Positions 45,268-54,328 of a stretch of DNA of 64,000 bases are shown piece after piece. The stretch spans positions 672,659 to 736,658 of the forward strand of contig CAVXNB010000004.1 in assembly GCA_963763085.1 (NCBI GenBank), written 5' to 3'. Within the stretch, counting starts at the first letter, position 1. Each line of letters starts with the position of its first letter. Origin of the DNA: an uncultured Acidimicrobiaceae bacterium (GTDB lineage Bacteria > Actinomycetota > Acidimicrobiia > Acidimicrobiales > Bog-793). The position numbers were made by a program, and so were the translations under genes. The notes beneath the pieces were generated by a model. The model worked only from the letters and a program-made list of their open reading frames with translations. It ran no database searches and was not told where the DNA came from.

Positions 45268-45759
45268 GTGACAAGTTCTCTCATGTGTCTCGGCCCGGCA
45301 GGCTCCTACGCTTGCACCGTGAAGACTGACGAGCTCGCCAAGCTCGCGCACTTGCGCCGCGCCCGCGATCTGATGGACCGCGAGTACGCACGTCCGCTCG
45401 ACGTTGCCGCGCTCGCCCGCGCTGCGCTGATGTCGAGCGCACACTTCTCGCGCCGGTTCCGGGCGACATACGGGGAGACGCCCTACGTCTATCTGATGAC
45501 GCGGCGCATCGAGCGGGCGAAAGCGCTGCTCCGCCGCGGCGACCTGTCGGTCACGGAGGTCTGTCTGGCGACCGGGTTTACGTCGCTCGGCTCGTTCAGC
45601 TCTCGCTTCACTCAGCTGGTGGGCGAGACGCCGACGGCGTACCGGGCCCGCGACCACAGCGCGCTCGCGAGCGTGCCGGGCTGCACCGCCAAGGACCTCA
45701 CCCGCCCGAGCCGCAAGCCGAGCACAATCGGAGATGCGGTCGGAACGCCGGTTCCCTAG
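45268..45759 (+). CDS. AraC-family transcriptional regulator (HTH domain)
   Basis: AraC HTH (LDVAALARAALMSSAHFSRRFRATYGETPYVYLMTRRIERAKALL...SVTEVCLATGFTSLGSFSSRFTQLVGETPTAYR). Start may be the GTG near 45319. Confidence 0.65.
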   Translation: MTSSLMCLGPAGSYACTVKTDELAKLAHLRRARDLMDREYARPLDVAALARAALMSSAHFSRRFRATYGETPYVYLMTRRIERAKALLRRGDLSVTEVCLATGFTSLGSFSSRFTQLVGETPTAYRARDHSALASVPGCTAKDLTRPSRKPSTIGDAVGTPVP

Positions 45760-45769
45760 CCTTGCCGGC

Positions 45770-46183
45770 ATGAATCTCACCCTCGCCCGCTGCTTCGTCC
45801 AAGTCAGTGACCCCGACCTCGCACTGACCTTCTACCGCGACGAGCTCGGCCTCGAACTGCGCAATGACGTCGCCCGCGACGGCTTCCGCTGGATCACCGT
45901 CGGCGCCGCCACACAGCCCGACGTCGCGATCGTCCTCACGAACTACCTGAACGGCAGCCCCGCGGACGGCGATGCGGTCGCTGCCCTGATCGCCAAGGGC
46001 GCCCTGAACGGCGTCCACTTCCAGACCGACGATCTCGACGCCACTTTCGAGAAGATACGCGCCTCGGGCGCCGAGATCGTGCAGGAGCCGACCGAGCAGC
46101 CGTGGGGCACGCGGGACTGTGCCGTGCGTGACCCGTCCGGCAATCTGGTGCGCATCGACCAGCCGCCAGTCGCGTGGTCCTGA
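45770..46183 (+). CDS. VOC family protein (glyoxalase-like)
   Basis: MNLTLARCFVQVSDPDLALTFYRDELGLELRND...HFQTDDLDATFEKIRASGAEIVQEPTEQPWGTRDCAVRDPSGNLVRI. Confidence 0.7.
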   Translation: MNLTLARCFVQVSDPDLALTFYRDELGLELRNDVARDGFRWITVGAATQPDVAIVLTNYLNGSPADGDAVAALIAKGALNGVHFQTDDLDATFEKIRASGAEIVQEPTEQPWGTRDCAVRDPSGNLVRIDQPPVAWS

Positions 46184-46496
46184 TTCTTTCACCATGTCGG
46201 TCGGGTTGGGGTCTGCAGCTGCTTCGGCCTCAGCGGCAGCCCTTTCGGCGTGGGGAGCCGAGCTCGGTGGCGCCGATCGCCGGCTGGGTTTCCTGGGCTC
46301 CGACCGACATGAAGACCTTGGCGATCCGACGCCGACGACGACTGTGGGCGACATCTTTGTCTCCTTGGAGAGCCGGTGCGAAGCGGGTGTGACCGCGGCG
46401 CAGCGCCGGAGCGAAGGGTATTTGGCGTGGGCGTCTTCAGTTCCCCTCGTACCGCCTCCATAATTAAAACAACGAGCGATACAGGAGCGTGGTTCC

Positions 46497-47691
46497 GTGG
46501 CTAATGCAACTGACATCCGGCCCTTCCATATCGAGTTTCCCGAAGAGGCACTAGAAGACTTGCGCAGTCGTATAAACGCCACCAGGTGGCCTGAGAGCGA
46601 GACGGTAACCGACGACTCGCAAGGTGTACCGATCGCGATAATGCAAGAGCTGGCGCGCTACTGGGGCGAGACGTACGACTGGCATACAGCAGAGACGAAG
46701 CTCAATGCCCTACCGAACTTCATCACTGAGATCGATGGGCTCGACATTCATTTCATTCACGTCCGGTCACAGCACGAGGATGCGCTGCCGCTGATCGTCA
46801 CACACGGGTGGCCCGGCTCGATCATCGAGCAGCTGAAGATCATCGAGCCCCTCACCAACCCAACGGCCCACGGCGCGAGCGCACAGGACGCTTTTCATCT
46901 GGTAATCCCGTCATTGCCGGGACACGGCTTCTCGGCAAAACCGACCACCACCGGTTGGGACCCGTCCCGCATCGCCCGTGCTTGGGTCGTGCTGATGAAG
47001 CGGCTCGGCTACTCCCGGTTTGTGGCGCAGGGCGGCGACTGGGGAGCGGCTGTCACGCAGGATATGGGTCAGCAGGCCGCTCCCGAACTGCTCGGGATTC
47101 ACTCCAACATGCCCGGGCACGGCCCCGCCGGAGGTGAGCGGCTACCTGCGTGGCGAGCCGCCACCGCCCGGTCTATCGGAGGACGAGCGGCGCGCATATG
47201 ACCAGTTGAGCACGTTCTATGCGAAACACGTCGCCTACGCCCAGATCATGTCGACGCGTCCGCAGACGTTGTACGGACTCGCGGACTCGCCATTGACCTC
47301 GCGGCGTTTGCGATCGACCATGGCGACGGGACCGGCCAACCCGGTCTCATTGCGCAGGTCCTGGGAGGCGGCGGGGACGGCGATCTGACGCGAGATGACA
47401 TTCTCGACAACCTCACGCTCTACTGGCTGACCAACACCGGGGTCTCGGCGGCCCGACTCTACTGGGAGAACAAGGCGCCGTTCTTCGACGCCAAGGACAT
47501 CTCCATCCCGTTTGCGATCAGCGTCTTTCCCGGACGAGCTGTATCAAGCACCCCGGAGTTGGGCCGAAAGGGCCTATCCCAACAACCTCATTCATTACAA
47601 GAGGCTCGACCGAGGAGGCCACTTCGCTGCCTGGGAGCAACCACAACTCTTCTCAGAAGAGATGCGTGAGTCGTTCAGGTCCTTGCGATGA
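46497..47691 (+). pseudogene. epoxide hydrolase (EH N-terminal domain plus alpha/beta hydrolase), at least 3 frameshifts
   Basis: N-terminal region (RPFHIEFPEEALEDLRSRINATRWPE...LDIHFIHVRS...HGWPGS...) intact to about 47110. Continues in ORF 47020..47388 (EDERRAYDQLSTFYAKHVAYAQIMSTRPQTLYGLADSP). C-terminus in an unlisted frame through 47691 (TLYWLTNTGVSAARLYWEN...[25 protein letters not shown]). Confidence 0.65.
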
Positions 47692-47756
47692 TCGGCGCCC
47701 GTCTCGGCATCGACAGGGCAATCGTCGATCCCATTAGCCTGCCGGTTGGCAGGAGA

Positions 47757-48620
47757 GGAGATGGATGCGCTGCCCGGCGTGTGGAGGCGATACCCCCGAT
47801 GGCAGGCGGTTCTGCAAGGACTGCGGCGGGCATTGGCCGCGTTGTGCTCATCGTGCGCCGCCGAGCTTTAGCTGGCAGCCGATTATGTGCTGACTGCGGA
47901 ACGCCAGTGGAGCCGCGGCGACTTCAGCGTCCGCCCCCAACAGCGGCCGACGGCACCGTGGCCGCAGCCCCGCAGGCGACTCTCGATGCAGCCCTCGGTT
48001 CGCACATTTCCGCTCCTTCCACCGAGCTCCGTCACGTCTCGGTGCTGTTATGCGACCTTGTCGACTTCACACCGTTCTCGGAGAAGCACGACATAGACCC
48101 CCCCCTCCCTCGCGTGCTCGAGGGTAGCGCGATCGTGGTCGCGGCGCAAGGATGCCGCCGGAACGCGGCCAGCGTGCAGTGGAAGGATGGATCCATCTTC
48201 GAGCGCTTCACCGACCGGGCACGCCGGGTGCTGGTGCTGGCCCAGGAGGAAGCGCGCCTGCTCAACCACAGCTTCATCGGGACCGAGCACATCCTCCTCG
48301 GCCTGATCCACGAGGGTGAGGGGCTCGCCGCGAAGGCGCTCGAGTCGCTCGGCATCTCGCTCGAGGGGGTGCGGGAGAAGGTCGAGGAGACGATCGGGCC
48401 GGCCGGACCGGCGCCGACCGGGTCGCCGCCGTTCACCCCGCGGGCGAAGAAGGTGCTCGAGCTCTCGCTGCGGGAAGCGCTCCAGCTCGGCCACAACTAC
48501 ATCGGCACCGAGCACATGCTGCTCGGTCTGGTCCGCGAGGGCGAGGGCGTGGCCGCCCAGGTGCTCGTCAGCCTGGGCGCCGACCTGCCCGCGTGCGCCA
48601 GCAGGTCATCTAGCTCCTCT
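47757..48620 (+). pseudogene. chimeric gene fragment: copy of the adenylate-cyclase N-terminus (zinc ribbons plus first cyclase strand) fused in-frame to a ClpC N-terminal (Clp_N x2) domain copy with ATC in place of ATG and an internal TAG
   Basis: [22 protein letters not shown]...CADCGTPV...[23 protein letters not shown] parallels the N-terminus of the cyclase gene at 28775. Then [68 protein letters not shown]...[52 protein letters not shown] is near-identical to ClpC1 residues 1-145. The expected QQVIQLLSGYQ reads QQVI-TAG-LLSGYQ. No AAA domain follows. Confidence 0.55.
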
Positions 48621-48658
48621 CCGGCTACCAGGGCGGCGAGGTACGTGGCGAGCCACCG

Positions 48659-49000
48659 TTGTCCCCCATTGAGCACCAGTGGGCGGTCGAGCCAACTGCG
48701 GTGCCGATCGGCGACAGCTGGACAATCCACGTGGTTCGTGCCGGAAGGACGCCCGCCGTGTTCGCCGAGGCGTACCAGGCGCTGGCTGATCTGGTGTCGG
48801 GACATGGCGTCGACATCGACGAGTTGCTGATCAACTTCACATCCATCGAGACTCACGCGGGCCCTGGACTGCGGCTTTGGGTTAGGCACGAGCTCCCAGG
48901 CGACCTGTCCTCTACGCGGAGCGAGGAAGCGGACGAAGCGAACGACAACGAATCGCCGACCGTGAGGTTCAGCAGCCGAAGCACTGGACCGGGCGGTTGA
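48659..49000 (+). CDS. hypothetical protein fragment of unknown function
   Basis: 113-aa ORF ([81 protein letters not shown]). Looks like the C-terminal part of a small-molecule-binding domain. No start context. Low confidence. Confidence 0.25.
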   Translation: MSPIEHQWAVEPTAVPIGDSWTIHVVRAGRTPAVFAEAYQALADLVSGHGVDIDELLINFTSIETHAGPGLRLWVRHELPGDLSSTRSEEADEANDNESPTVRFSSRSTGPGG

Positions 49001-49037
49001 CGCCAGGGCTTCCCTATCGCTTTGACCAGGAAGTCAG

Positions 49038-49091
49038 GTGGTAGTGGGCGGCCCGGCAGGATCGAACCTGCGACGTAGCGATTATGAGTCC
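49038..49091. repeat. partial direct repeat of the tRNA-Met 3' end (distal att site of an integrated element)
   Basis: GGCCCGGCAGGATCGAACCTGCGACGTAGCGATTATGAGTCC (49050-49091) matches tRNA-Met 51015-51058 with 3 mismatches and 1 indel, same orientation. Flanking tggtagtggg resembles the tRNA CCA-end complement. Confidence 0.6.
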
Positions 49092-49139
49092 TCGTGGAAG
49101 CGTCCCGATCGTCAGTGCTGTAAATGATACACTTGTGTT

Positions 49140-49491
49140 ATGGCACAATCGTCTCATATCCCCTCGCCGGCGGCAGCCCTCTTGCAGCTGGCTCGGATCA
49201 AGAGCGGCCTGAGCCAAGGACAACTGAGCGAACGCGCAGGGGTTGCCAGCCACCATGATCTCGGCCTACGAGCGCGGCCGTCGGCAGCCGACGGTTCCGA
49301 CTCTCATGCGGCTGTTGAAGGCCGCGGGATTCGACCTAAGCATGCATCTTGTCCAGAGCGACCCCCATGACGATGTGCTGGCCGAGCTTGATGCTCGGCG
49401 CGGTCCGAGGGAGCGCCGTCGCAGAGATCGACAGATCGAGGCATGGCGAGCCGCAGAGCCTGTCGCGGTCCAGAGTGGCTCCTCTCGATGA
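49140..49491 (+). CDS. XRE-family HTH protein (putative antitoxin), one frameshift
   Basis: LLQLARIKSGLSQGQLSERAGVA in frame 0 continues as TMISAYERGRRQPTVPTLMRLLKAAGFDL in frame 1. Removing one C near 49243 restores a canonical HTH_XRE. Stop overlaps the next gene start (ATGA). Confidence 0.55.
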
Positions 49492-50003
49492 AAGAGTCCC
49501 TCAACGCAGCCGCCATCGTCGATGTCCTCAACCGCCACGGTGTCAGGTATGTCGTGATCGGCGCGTTCGCTGCGATCGCGCAGCAAGCACCCATTCCTGC
49601 CACTAGGGACATCGATCTGACTCCCGACTCGTCACTGGAGAACCTCACCCGACTCTCGGCGGCCCTCAAGGAGCTCGGAGCCCGTATTCGCACCGGTGCT
49701 GTCGATGGGGGGCTCCCCTTCGACCACGATGCCCGCTCTCTCGCAACATCCTCGGTTTGGAATCTGATCTGCCACTACGGTGAGTTCGATATCTCGTTCG
49801 TCCCGAGTGGCATTCCAGGCGGATACGACGAACTCGTCGTGAAGGCCCATCGAATGAGGGTTGACACCGTCGACGTCTTGGTGGCCGACCTGGGCGACGT
49901 CATTCGCTCCAAAGAGGCGGCCGGACGACCCAAAGACATCCAGGTGCTCCCGATCCTCTATCGATTCGACCGTCAGCGTCAGGAGGTTGACCCTTCCGGC
50001 TGA
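49488..50003 (+). CDS. nucleotidyltransferase-fold protein (putative toxin; AbiEii/MenT- or MNT-like minimal NTase)
   Basis: MKESLNAAAIVDVLNRHGVRYVVIGAFAAIAQQAPIPATRDIDLTPD: hG[GS]...DhD Pol-beta-type NTase motif. 172 aa. 4-nt overlap with the upstream HTH gene. Confidence 0.5.
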   Translation: MKESLNAAAIVDVLNRHGVRYVVIGAFAAIAQQAPIPATRDIDLTPDSSLENLTRLSAALKELGARIRTGAVDGGLPFDHDARSLATSSVWNLICHYGEFDISFVPSGIPGGYDELVVKAHRMRVDTVDVLVADLGDVIRSKEAAGRPKDIQVLPILYRFDRQRQEVDPSG

Positions 50004-50216
50004 CAACCACCAACAGGAGGAGCCCCGACAGGGCAGTCACGCTCAACAACCAACCGCCCGAAAACTGATCCCTTTCACCGGGCGGGTTCAAGGGTAGATC
50101 CGCGCATTCAGAATTCGGGCGGCGACGGCGCCCACCCGCGGAGTTGAACAGCGATATGATCGATCAACAGGCTGCACTATCCGGACCCGATCAAGCGAAA
50201 ACGGCATTTCACCGCG

Positions 50217-50735
50217 GTGGACCTAAACATGATTAAGGTCAAGGCAAAGGTTCGAATTCCGGCACCGCCGAGCGAAGTATTCTCATTTTTGTGTGACCCC
50301 TATCGCATGGCCCTCACCAATGTAAGTTACAAACTGGATGAGGTGACAGATCTGCCAGGGGGAATGCGTGGAACACGCTTGAAGTCAACGAGACCAGACG
50401 GGGTTGTCATGAATGTAGAGAGCGAAACCATCGAAGGGATTCCCGATTCCAAGGTCGTGATCCGCAGTCGGATCTCGCCCTACCGGGGAGGGCACATGGA
50501 AATGCTCGTCACTCGGACGCTCGATCCTGTACCGGAGGGCACCCTTCTGACAAGCATCAGGGAATGCCGTGTCCGGCCGTGGTACATGGGACATATCGCC
50601 TCGGCTCGGGAGTACGTGGCGATGAGGTCGGAACTTCAAAGGGGCGTCTATAGGATCCGAGACACTATTGTCCGCACTTCGGGGCAGCAGCCGGTAGCAA
50701 CGGAACGCGATAGCGCTGAGCGCCCTGACTACTGA
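50217..50735 (+). CDS. SRPBCC (START/Bet v1-like polyketide cyclase/dehydrase fold) protein
   Basis: 172 aa. Visibly lower GC than surroundings. IKVKAKVRIPAPPSEVFSFLCDPYRMA (typical SRPBCC N-terminus). A start at the ATG at 50229 is also possible. Confidence 0.55.
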   Translation: MDLNMIKVKAKVRIPAPPSEVFSFLCDPYRMALTNVSYKLDEVTDLPGGMRGTRLKSTRPDGVVMNVESETIEGIPDSKVVIRSRISPYRGGHMEMLVTRTLDPVPEGTLLTSIRECRVRPWYMGHIASAREYVAMRSELQRGVYRIRDTIVRTSGQQPVATERDSAERPDY

Positions 50736-51010
50736 AGGCGCAGCACAGCTCACTTCAGATGGGCCGACAATGTCGCTCCCCCGTGGAACGTGGGTGACCG
50801 AGCGCGGAAGCAAGGTATCGGCGCCACCCGTTTCTATAGGACGCCCTGACGGTGCCATGACCGTACGAGAGTGGGAGATGGCCCGCCCAAGCTCGACCCG
50901 AAAATCCGACACAGTCTGTGGCAGACAAGCGAATCTAGGCGACCGGCGAGGACTGCGCCTAGCAGGTTGCGCAGTAGTGGCAGCGATAGGCCTCTGACTA
51001 GGAAGTTGGT

Positions 51011-51086
51011 TGGTGGGCCCGGCAGGGATCGAACCTGCGACCCAGGGATTATGAGTCCCCTGCTCTGACCACTGAGCTACGGGCCC
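51011..51086 (-). tRNA. tRNA-Met (anticodon CAT, elongator type)
   Basis: Reverse complement GGGCCCGTAGCTCAGTGGTCAGAGCAGGGGACTCATAATCCCTGGGTCGCAGGTTCGATCCCTGCCGGGCCCACCA folds as a cloverleaf. 7-bp acceptor stem, D stem GCTC/GAGC, anticodon loop CTCATAA, T loop TTCGATC, encoded CCA. G1:C72 and A31 indicate it is not the initiator. Confidence 0.85.
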
Positions 51087-51108
51087 TACAGGCAATCTCT
51101 CCGACGGC

Positions 51109-51657
51109 TCAGCCGATTGCTACTCCATTGGACAAGGCCTTGCCCGGCTGGAGGAAGACCTGAATCAGCAGGATGACGATTCCGATGAGCAGCCCCGCTG
51201 CCACGACGGCGACAATGCGCCATCCGACCAACCCGGCGCGCCGACCGGCCACGAATCCCCAGTATCCGAGAGATGCCGTCCCGAGCCACAGGGTGACGCG
51301 AATGGCTTCACTCAGGGAAAAGTTGAAAGCGTAGAGGAGCGACACCACAGCGAGCGGAGGCACGCAAAGCAAGAGGAACGGTGCCTGGATCAGAACGATA
51401 CCGCCCCACTCCCGACGAGTCAGAATACGACCGACCTCGACGTGCCGGGCCATGACCGCCGAGAAGACATGGGCAATGAACATCGCCAATACGGGCCCGA
51501 AGATGATGCCGACCACGTTCACCAACTTCAGGTGTTCCCAGCCGTCGTAGATGATGAGCACGCTCATCAAAGTGATCGTGGTGTAGACGATGCGGTCCAC
51601 GAGAACTGGCTGGTTCAGTCGGTCCAGCCCTCTCTCAGCATCCAGCGGTGCGGTCAA
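51109..51657 (-). CDS. hypothetical integral membrane protein (approx 5 TM)
   Basis: 182-aa ORF. Strongly hydrophobic segments (IVYTTITLMSVLIIYDGW, VVGIIFGPVLAMFIAHVF, IVAVVAAGLLIGIVILLIQVF). 4-nt overlap with the upstream gene. Confidence 0.5.
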   Translation of the reverse strand: MTAPLDAERGLDRLNQPVLVDRIVYTTITLMSVLIIYDGWEHLKLVNVVGIIFGPVLAMFIAHVFSAVMARHVEVGRILTRREWGGIVLIQAPFLLLCVPPLAVVSLLYAFNFSLSEAIRVTLWLGTASLGYWGFVAGRRAGLVGWRIVAVVAAGLLIGIVILLIQVFLQPGKALSNGVAIG

Positions 51658-53270
51658 ATCGGTTCGATCTCGCTCGGTCGCCAGGACTTGTCGAAGAACG
51701 AGGGCATCGGATTGTAGAGCCGCAAGATGGCGAAGTAGCCCTTTCCCGGGACGGTCTGTAGCCAGTTGTTCTCCTCGCCATTCGGGGCGGTCGGGCCGAA
51801 ATAGATTTCCGTCGAACCATCGGGACTCGCCTGCACCTTCCCCGATTGGCTACCTAGGTCGGGTTTCGGTTGCCCGGTCTGGAGCATGGAGCGGGTCTGG
51901 CGGTCGTAGAGCACCACCGACCAGAACCTGCTCTGTGGGATGTCGGGCGGAAGCGTTAGTCGGTAGTTGAGCGCCCCATCGAGGTACTCGCCGGTTCCGT
52001 CCCGCATGGCCATGAGGTACTGCGACCCCATCCCGGAGAGCAACATACACATAGCGGGCGTGATACCCGTGTAGGGGTAGAAGAAGGCGATCCTGGCATT
52101 GATCTTCCGGGCACCGTCACTCGGACTGGGCAAGACACCCTGGGGCGTGACCTGCGGGGGTGGGCTGAGGAAGTCGTAGCCGCCGACGAACAGCATGTTC
52201 CACCACTGCGAGCCTGGGTAGAACGCGTACCCCACATCCGGGCGGGGATCCATAGCGACCGTCCGGGCGGTGGCGTTGCCGATGACGACGGCATCTTGCA
52301 GGATCTTCTGCATCCGCTCATCGGGGTCGAATGGCTTGCCTTTGGTGATGCCGACGGAGTCCAACAGACCGAGAACCTCGGGGTCGCCCGCCCCGGCAGG
52401 CTCGTCCTGGACCAGGCGGTCAATGAGGTTCCAGTATCCAAAGTCGTTGGGCGGGATGGTGTTGAACGACACCCTCGATCCCTCGATGAAGACGGTTTCC
52501 GGCTTGGGTTGTGGTGGCGCCAGTGGCGCGTGTCCCGCCAGGAAGCTCGCCACGGCCGTTCCCTGGCCGCCGGGCACATAGGGGTAGACCTTGACGCCGT
52601 TCCGGATGGCGTAGGCGGGCATCGTGGGGTCGTTGTCAATCATGAACGCCCGCCCGAAGGCCACTACCGTGGAGGTCCTAGTGTGCGACACGTGGAAGCC
52701 GCTGTCCGGCAACGGCCCCTCGTAGCCGGGTCCGACCAACAGGTAGCGGCCACCTTCTCCCCGGTCCGGTCCAGACAGGCCGAGGTCGGTCACCCACCCG
52801 AACCACATGTCATCGACAGCACCAAGGATGCCGGTCGGCGGTCCAAGCGCGGGTAGCTCCACCACCATCGGGCCTTTGTTCAAGTCCACGAAGGTGATGA
52901 AGTAGACGGTGTCGCAGTTGGCAGTAAGGAAGAGTGACGCCGAGTCCATCAGGTCGGAGTAGAGGAGGACGGCGTTGTCCTCGACCCCGAGGCCCTTGAA
53001 GCCCTCGTGCATTGCCGCCAAGGAAGCACCGGGGAAGGCCCCGATGAACGCCTCGACTCCGTGTATGAAGTCCAGGTGGTCGTAGAGCAGCGCGGCTGTG
53101 GCGTCTGACGGCGCGCCGTAGGTGAACTGAAGCGTCCCCAGCCGACTCTGAACCTGGTCAGGGGTCGAAATGGATGCCAGAACCTCTGGCGATACCCCAT
53201 CGGTTCGATCGCTCATCAGGCGCTCTCCGCTTCGTTCAGCTCGGCCTCTGCCAAAGCTACTCCCGATCAA
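51654..53270 (-). CDS. DUF1254/DUF1214 domain protein (conserved unknown function)
   Basis: Intact 538 aa, W/Y/F-rich (LQFTYGAP...ANCDTVYFITFVDL...GWVTDLGLSGPDRGEGGRYLLVGPGYEG...RFWSVVLYD...). Resembles the widespread DUF1254-DUF1214 fusion family. A start at ATG 53216 (MSDRTDG) is possible. Confidence 0.65.
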   Translation of the reverse strand: MIGSSFGRGRAERSGERLMSDRTDGVSPEVLASISTPDQVQSRLGTLQFTYGAPSDATAALLYDHLDFIHGVEAFIGAFPGASLAAMHEGFKGLGVEDNAVLLYSDLMDSASLFLTANCDTVYFITFVDLNKGPMVVELPALGPPTGILGAVDDMWFGWVTDLGLSGPDRGEGGRYLLVGPGYEGPLPDSGFHVSHTRTSTVVAFGRAFMIDNDPTMPAYAIRNGVKVYPYVPGGQGTAVASFLAGHAPLAPPQPKPETVFIEGSRVSFNTIPPNDFGYWNLIDRLVQDEPAGAGDPEVLGLLDSVGITKGKPFDPDERMQKILQDAVVIGNATARTVAMDPRPDVGYAFYPGSQWWNMLFVGGYDFLSPPPQVTPQGVLPSPSDGARKINARIAFFYPYTGITPAMCMLLSGMGSQYLMAMRDGTGEYLDGALNYRLTLPPDIPQSRFWSVVLYDRQTRSMLQTGQPKPDLGSQSGKVQASPDGSTEIYFGPTAPNGEENNWLQTVPGKGYFAILRLYNPMPSFFDKSWRPSEIEPI

Positions 53271-53500
53271 ACGAATGAAGCCCGGCCGGTTCTCAGTCGC
53301 TGCGGTTGATTCGGCCGACCCGGGGTCTCGAACATCGCTGTTTACCCGGGTCGGCGAACGGTCGTGAACACCGCCATCTACCAGGACATACGTTGTGATT
53401 CCTACATCGGTGCGGAGCCGGAACGGGTTGTGTCCGCCTCCTCACCTACGACTCTCCCATGCCTGCAGGTGCCAAGCACGGGTCCTGGCTTCGGACCCTG

Positions 53501-54100
53501 CTACCAACGCTCCTCAGGGTCCAAGAGAACCACGGTCGTCTCGGCGCGGCGCGCCCCTGGGAGCGCGACGGAGAGTTCCTCCCGGTAACGGGCGAGCAGG
53601 GACGGCTCGTGGAGCGGCGCCGGTTCCACCTGCTCGGCCCAGAAGAGACTGAGGAACCTTGCAGGGTCGACCGTCAGCCCCCACCAGCCGGGCCTGTCGC
53701 CGGCCATCGGCCCGACCCAGAGAGCGCCGCAGTCGAGCATGGGGAGATACTCGTGCGTCAAGGTATGGATGACGTCCTCTTGTACCGGAAGCCAGGTGGT
53801 GAAGTCAGGGTTGGTTACGTCCAGGTACTCCCAACGGCGAGTGGAGGGATTCACGGAGAGGAAGGCGCCGGCTGGGTTCCTGCCGCCGGGCACGTCCTCG
53901 CCGGGATGGAATCCGGGTTGGGTCCCAGCTCCGGGGAAGCAGCAGAGCGCCGGACGGTCGAAGGCGGGCAGGCGGCGGAAGAGCAGGCATTCGTTCGAGC
54001 TGACTTCCTGAAGTCGATCGATTGCGGCCGTTGCGGGCCGGCTCTTTCGTGCTCGCCGAGCCCGTGCTCGTCGGGAATGGATACGTTTGTGCTTTGCCAT
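53501..54100 (-). CDS. hypothetical protein
   Basis: ORF 53501..54172. ATG at 54100 (MAKHKRIHSRRARARRARKSR...) gives a basic N-terminus, then a balanced W-rich body (EYLDVTNPDFTTWLPVQEDVIHTLTHEYLPMLDCGALWVGP). No motif recognised. Confidence 0.4.
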   Translation of the reverse strand: MAKHKRIHSRRARARRARKSRPATAAIDRLQEVSSNECLLFRRLPAFDRPALCCFPGAGTQPGFHPGEDVPGGRNPAGAFLSVNPSTRRWEYLDVTNPDFTTWLPVQEDVIHTLTHEYLPMLDCGALWVGPMAGDRPGWWGLTVDPARFLSLFWAEQVEPAPLHEPSLLARYREELSVALPGARRAETTVVLLDPEERW

Positions 54101-54328
54101 TTGGTAGCACCTCCCTCGTAGGTACTGCCCACGGCCCCGGCGCCAACAGGGTGCGGGGACCTCTCGTGCCACGGTAGTGCGGCGCGTGCCTCTTCGGCCA
54201 GGGAGACGTGCACCTCGAGCGAACCGGATTGCCTATTCCTGTCTTTGCTCCGGCGTGGCAGTCTGTCGATGCCTTGCCACCCAGCAGGGATTACCCGACC
54301 AGAGGACCTGCGCGATTTCCAGAGAGGA

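Larger units (their letters stand above)
49038..51010. mobile_element. approx 2 kb tRNA-Met-associated genomic island remnant (no integrase present)
   Basis: Bounded by the tRNA-Met 3' end (51011) and its 42-bp direct repeat (49050-49091). Contains AT-richer segments (49095-49140, 50040-50230). Holds an XRE-HTH/nucleotidyltransferase pair and an SRPBCC gene. No integrase ORF. Confidence 0.5.

Noticed and set aside
49038-51010. Intact integrative element or prophage
   Set aside because: No integrase, excisionase or replication genes between the att repeats. Only 1.9 kb. Called a remnant instead.
51011-51086. Initiator tRNA-fMet assignment
   Set aside because: G1:C72 pair and only two of the three diagnostic G:C pairs in the anticodon stem (position 31 is A) indicate an elongator Met tRNA.
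50385-51095. 236-aa ORF beginning MPVGPVAQWSEQGTHNPWVAGSIPAGPT
   Set aside because: Its N-terminus is simply the translation of the tRNA-Met gene. The remainder is Arg/Pro-rich intergenic junk.
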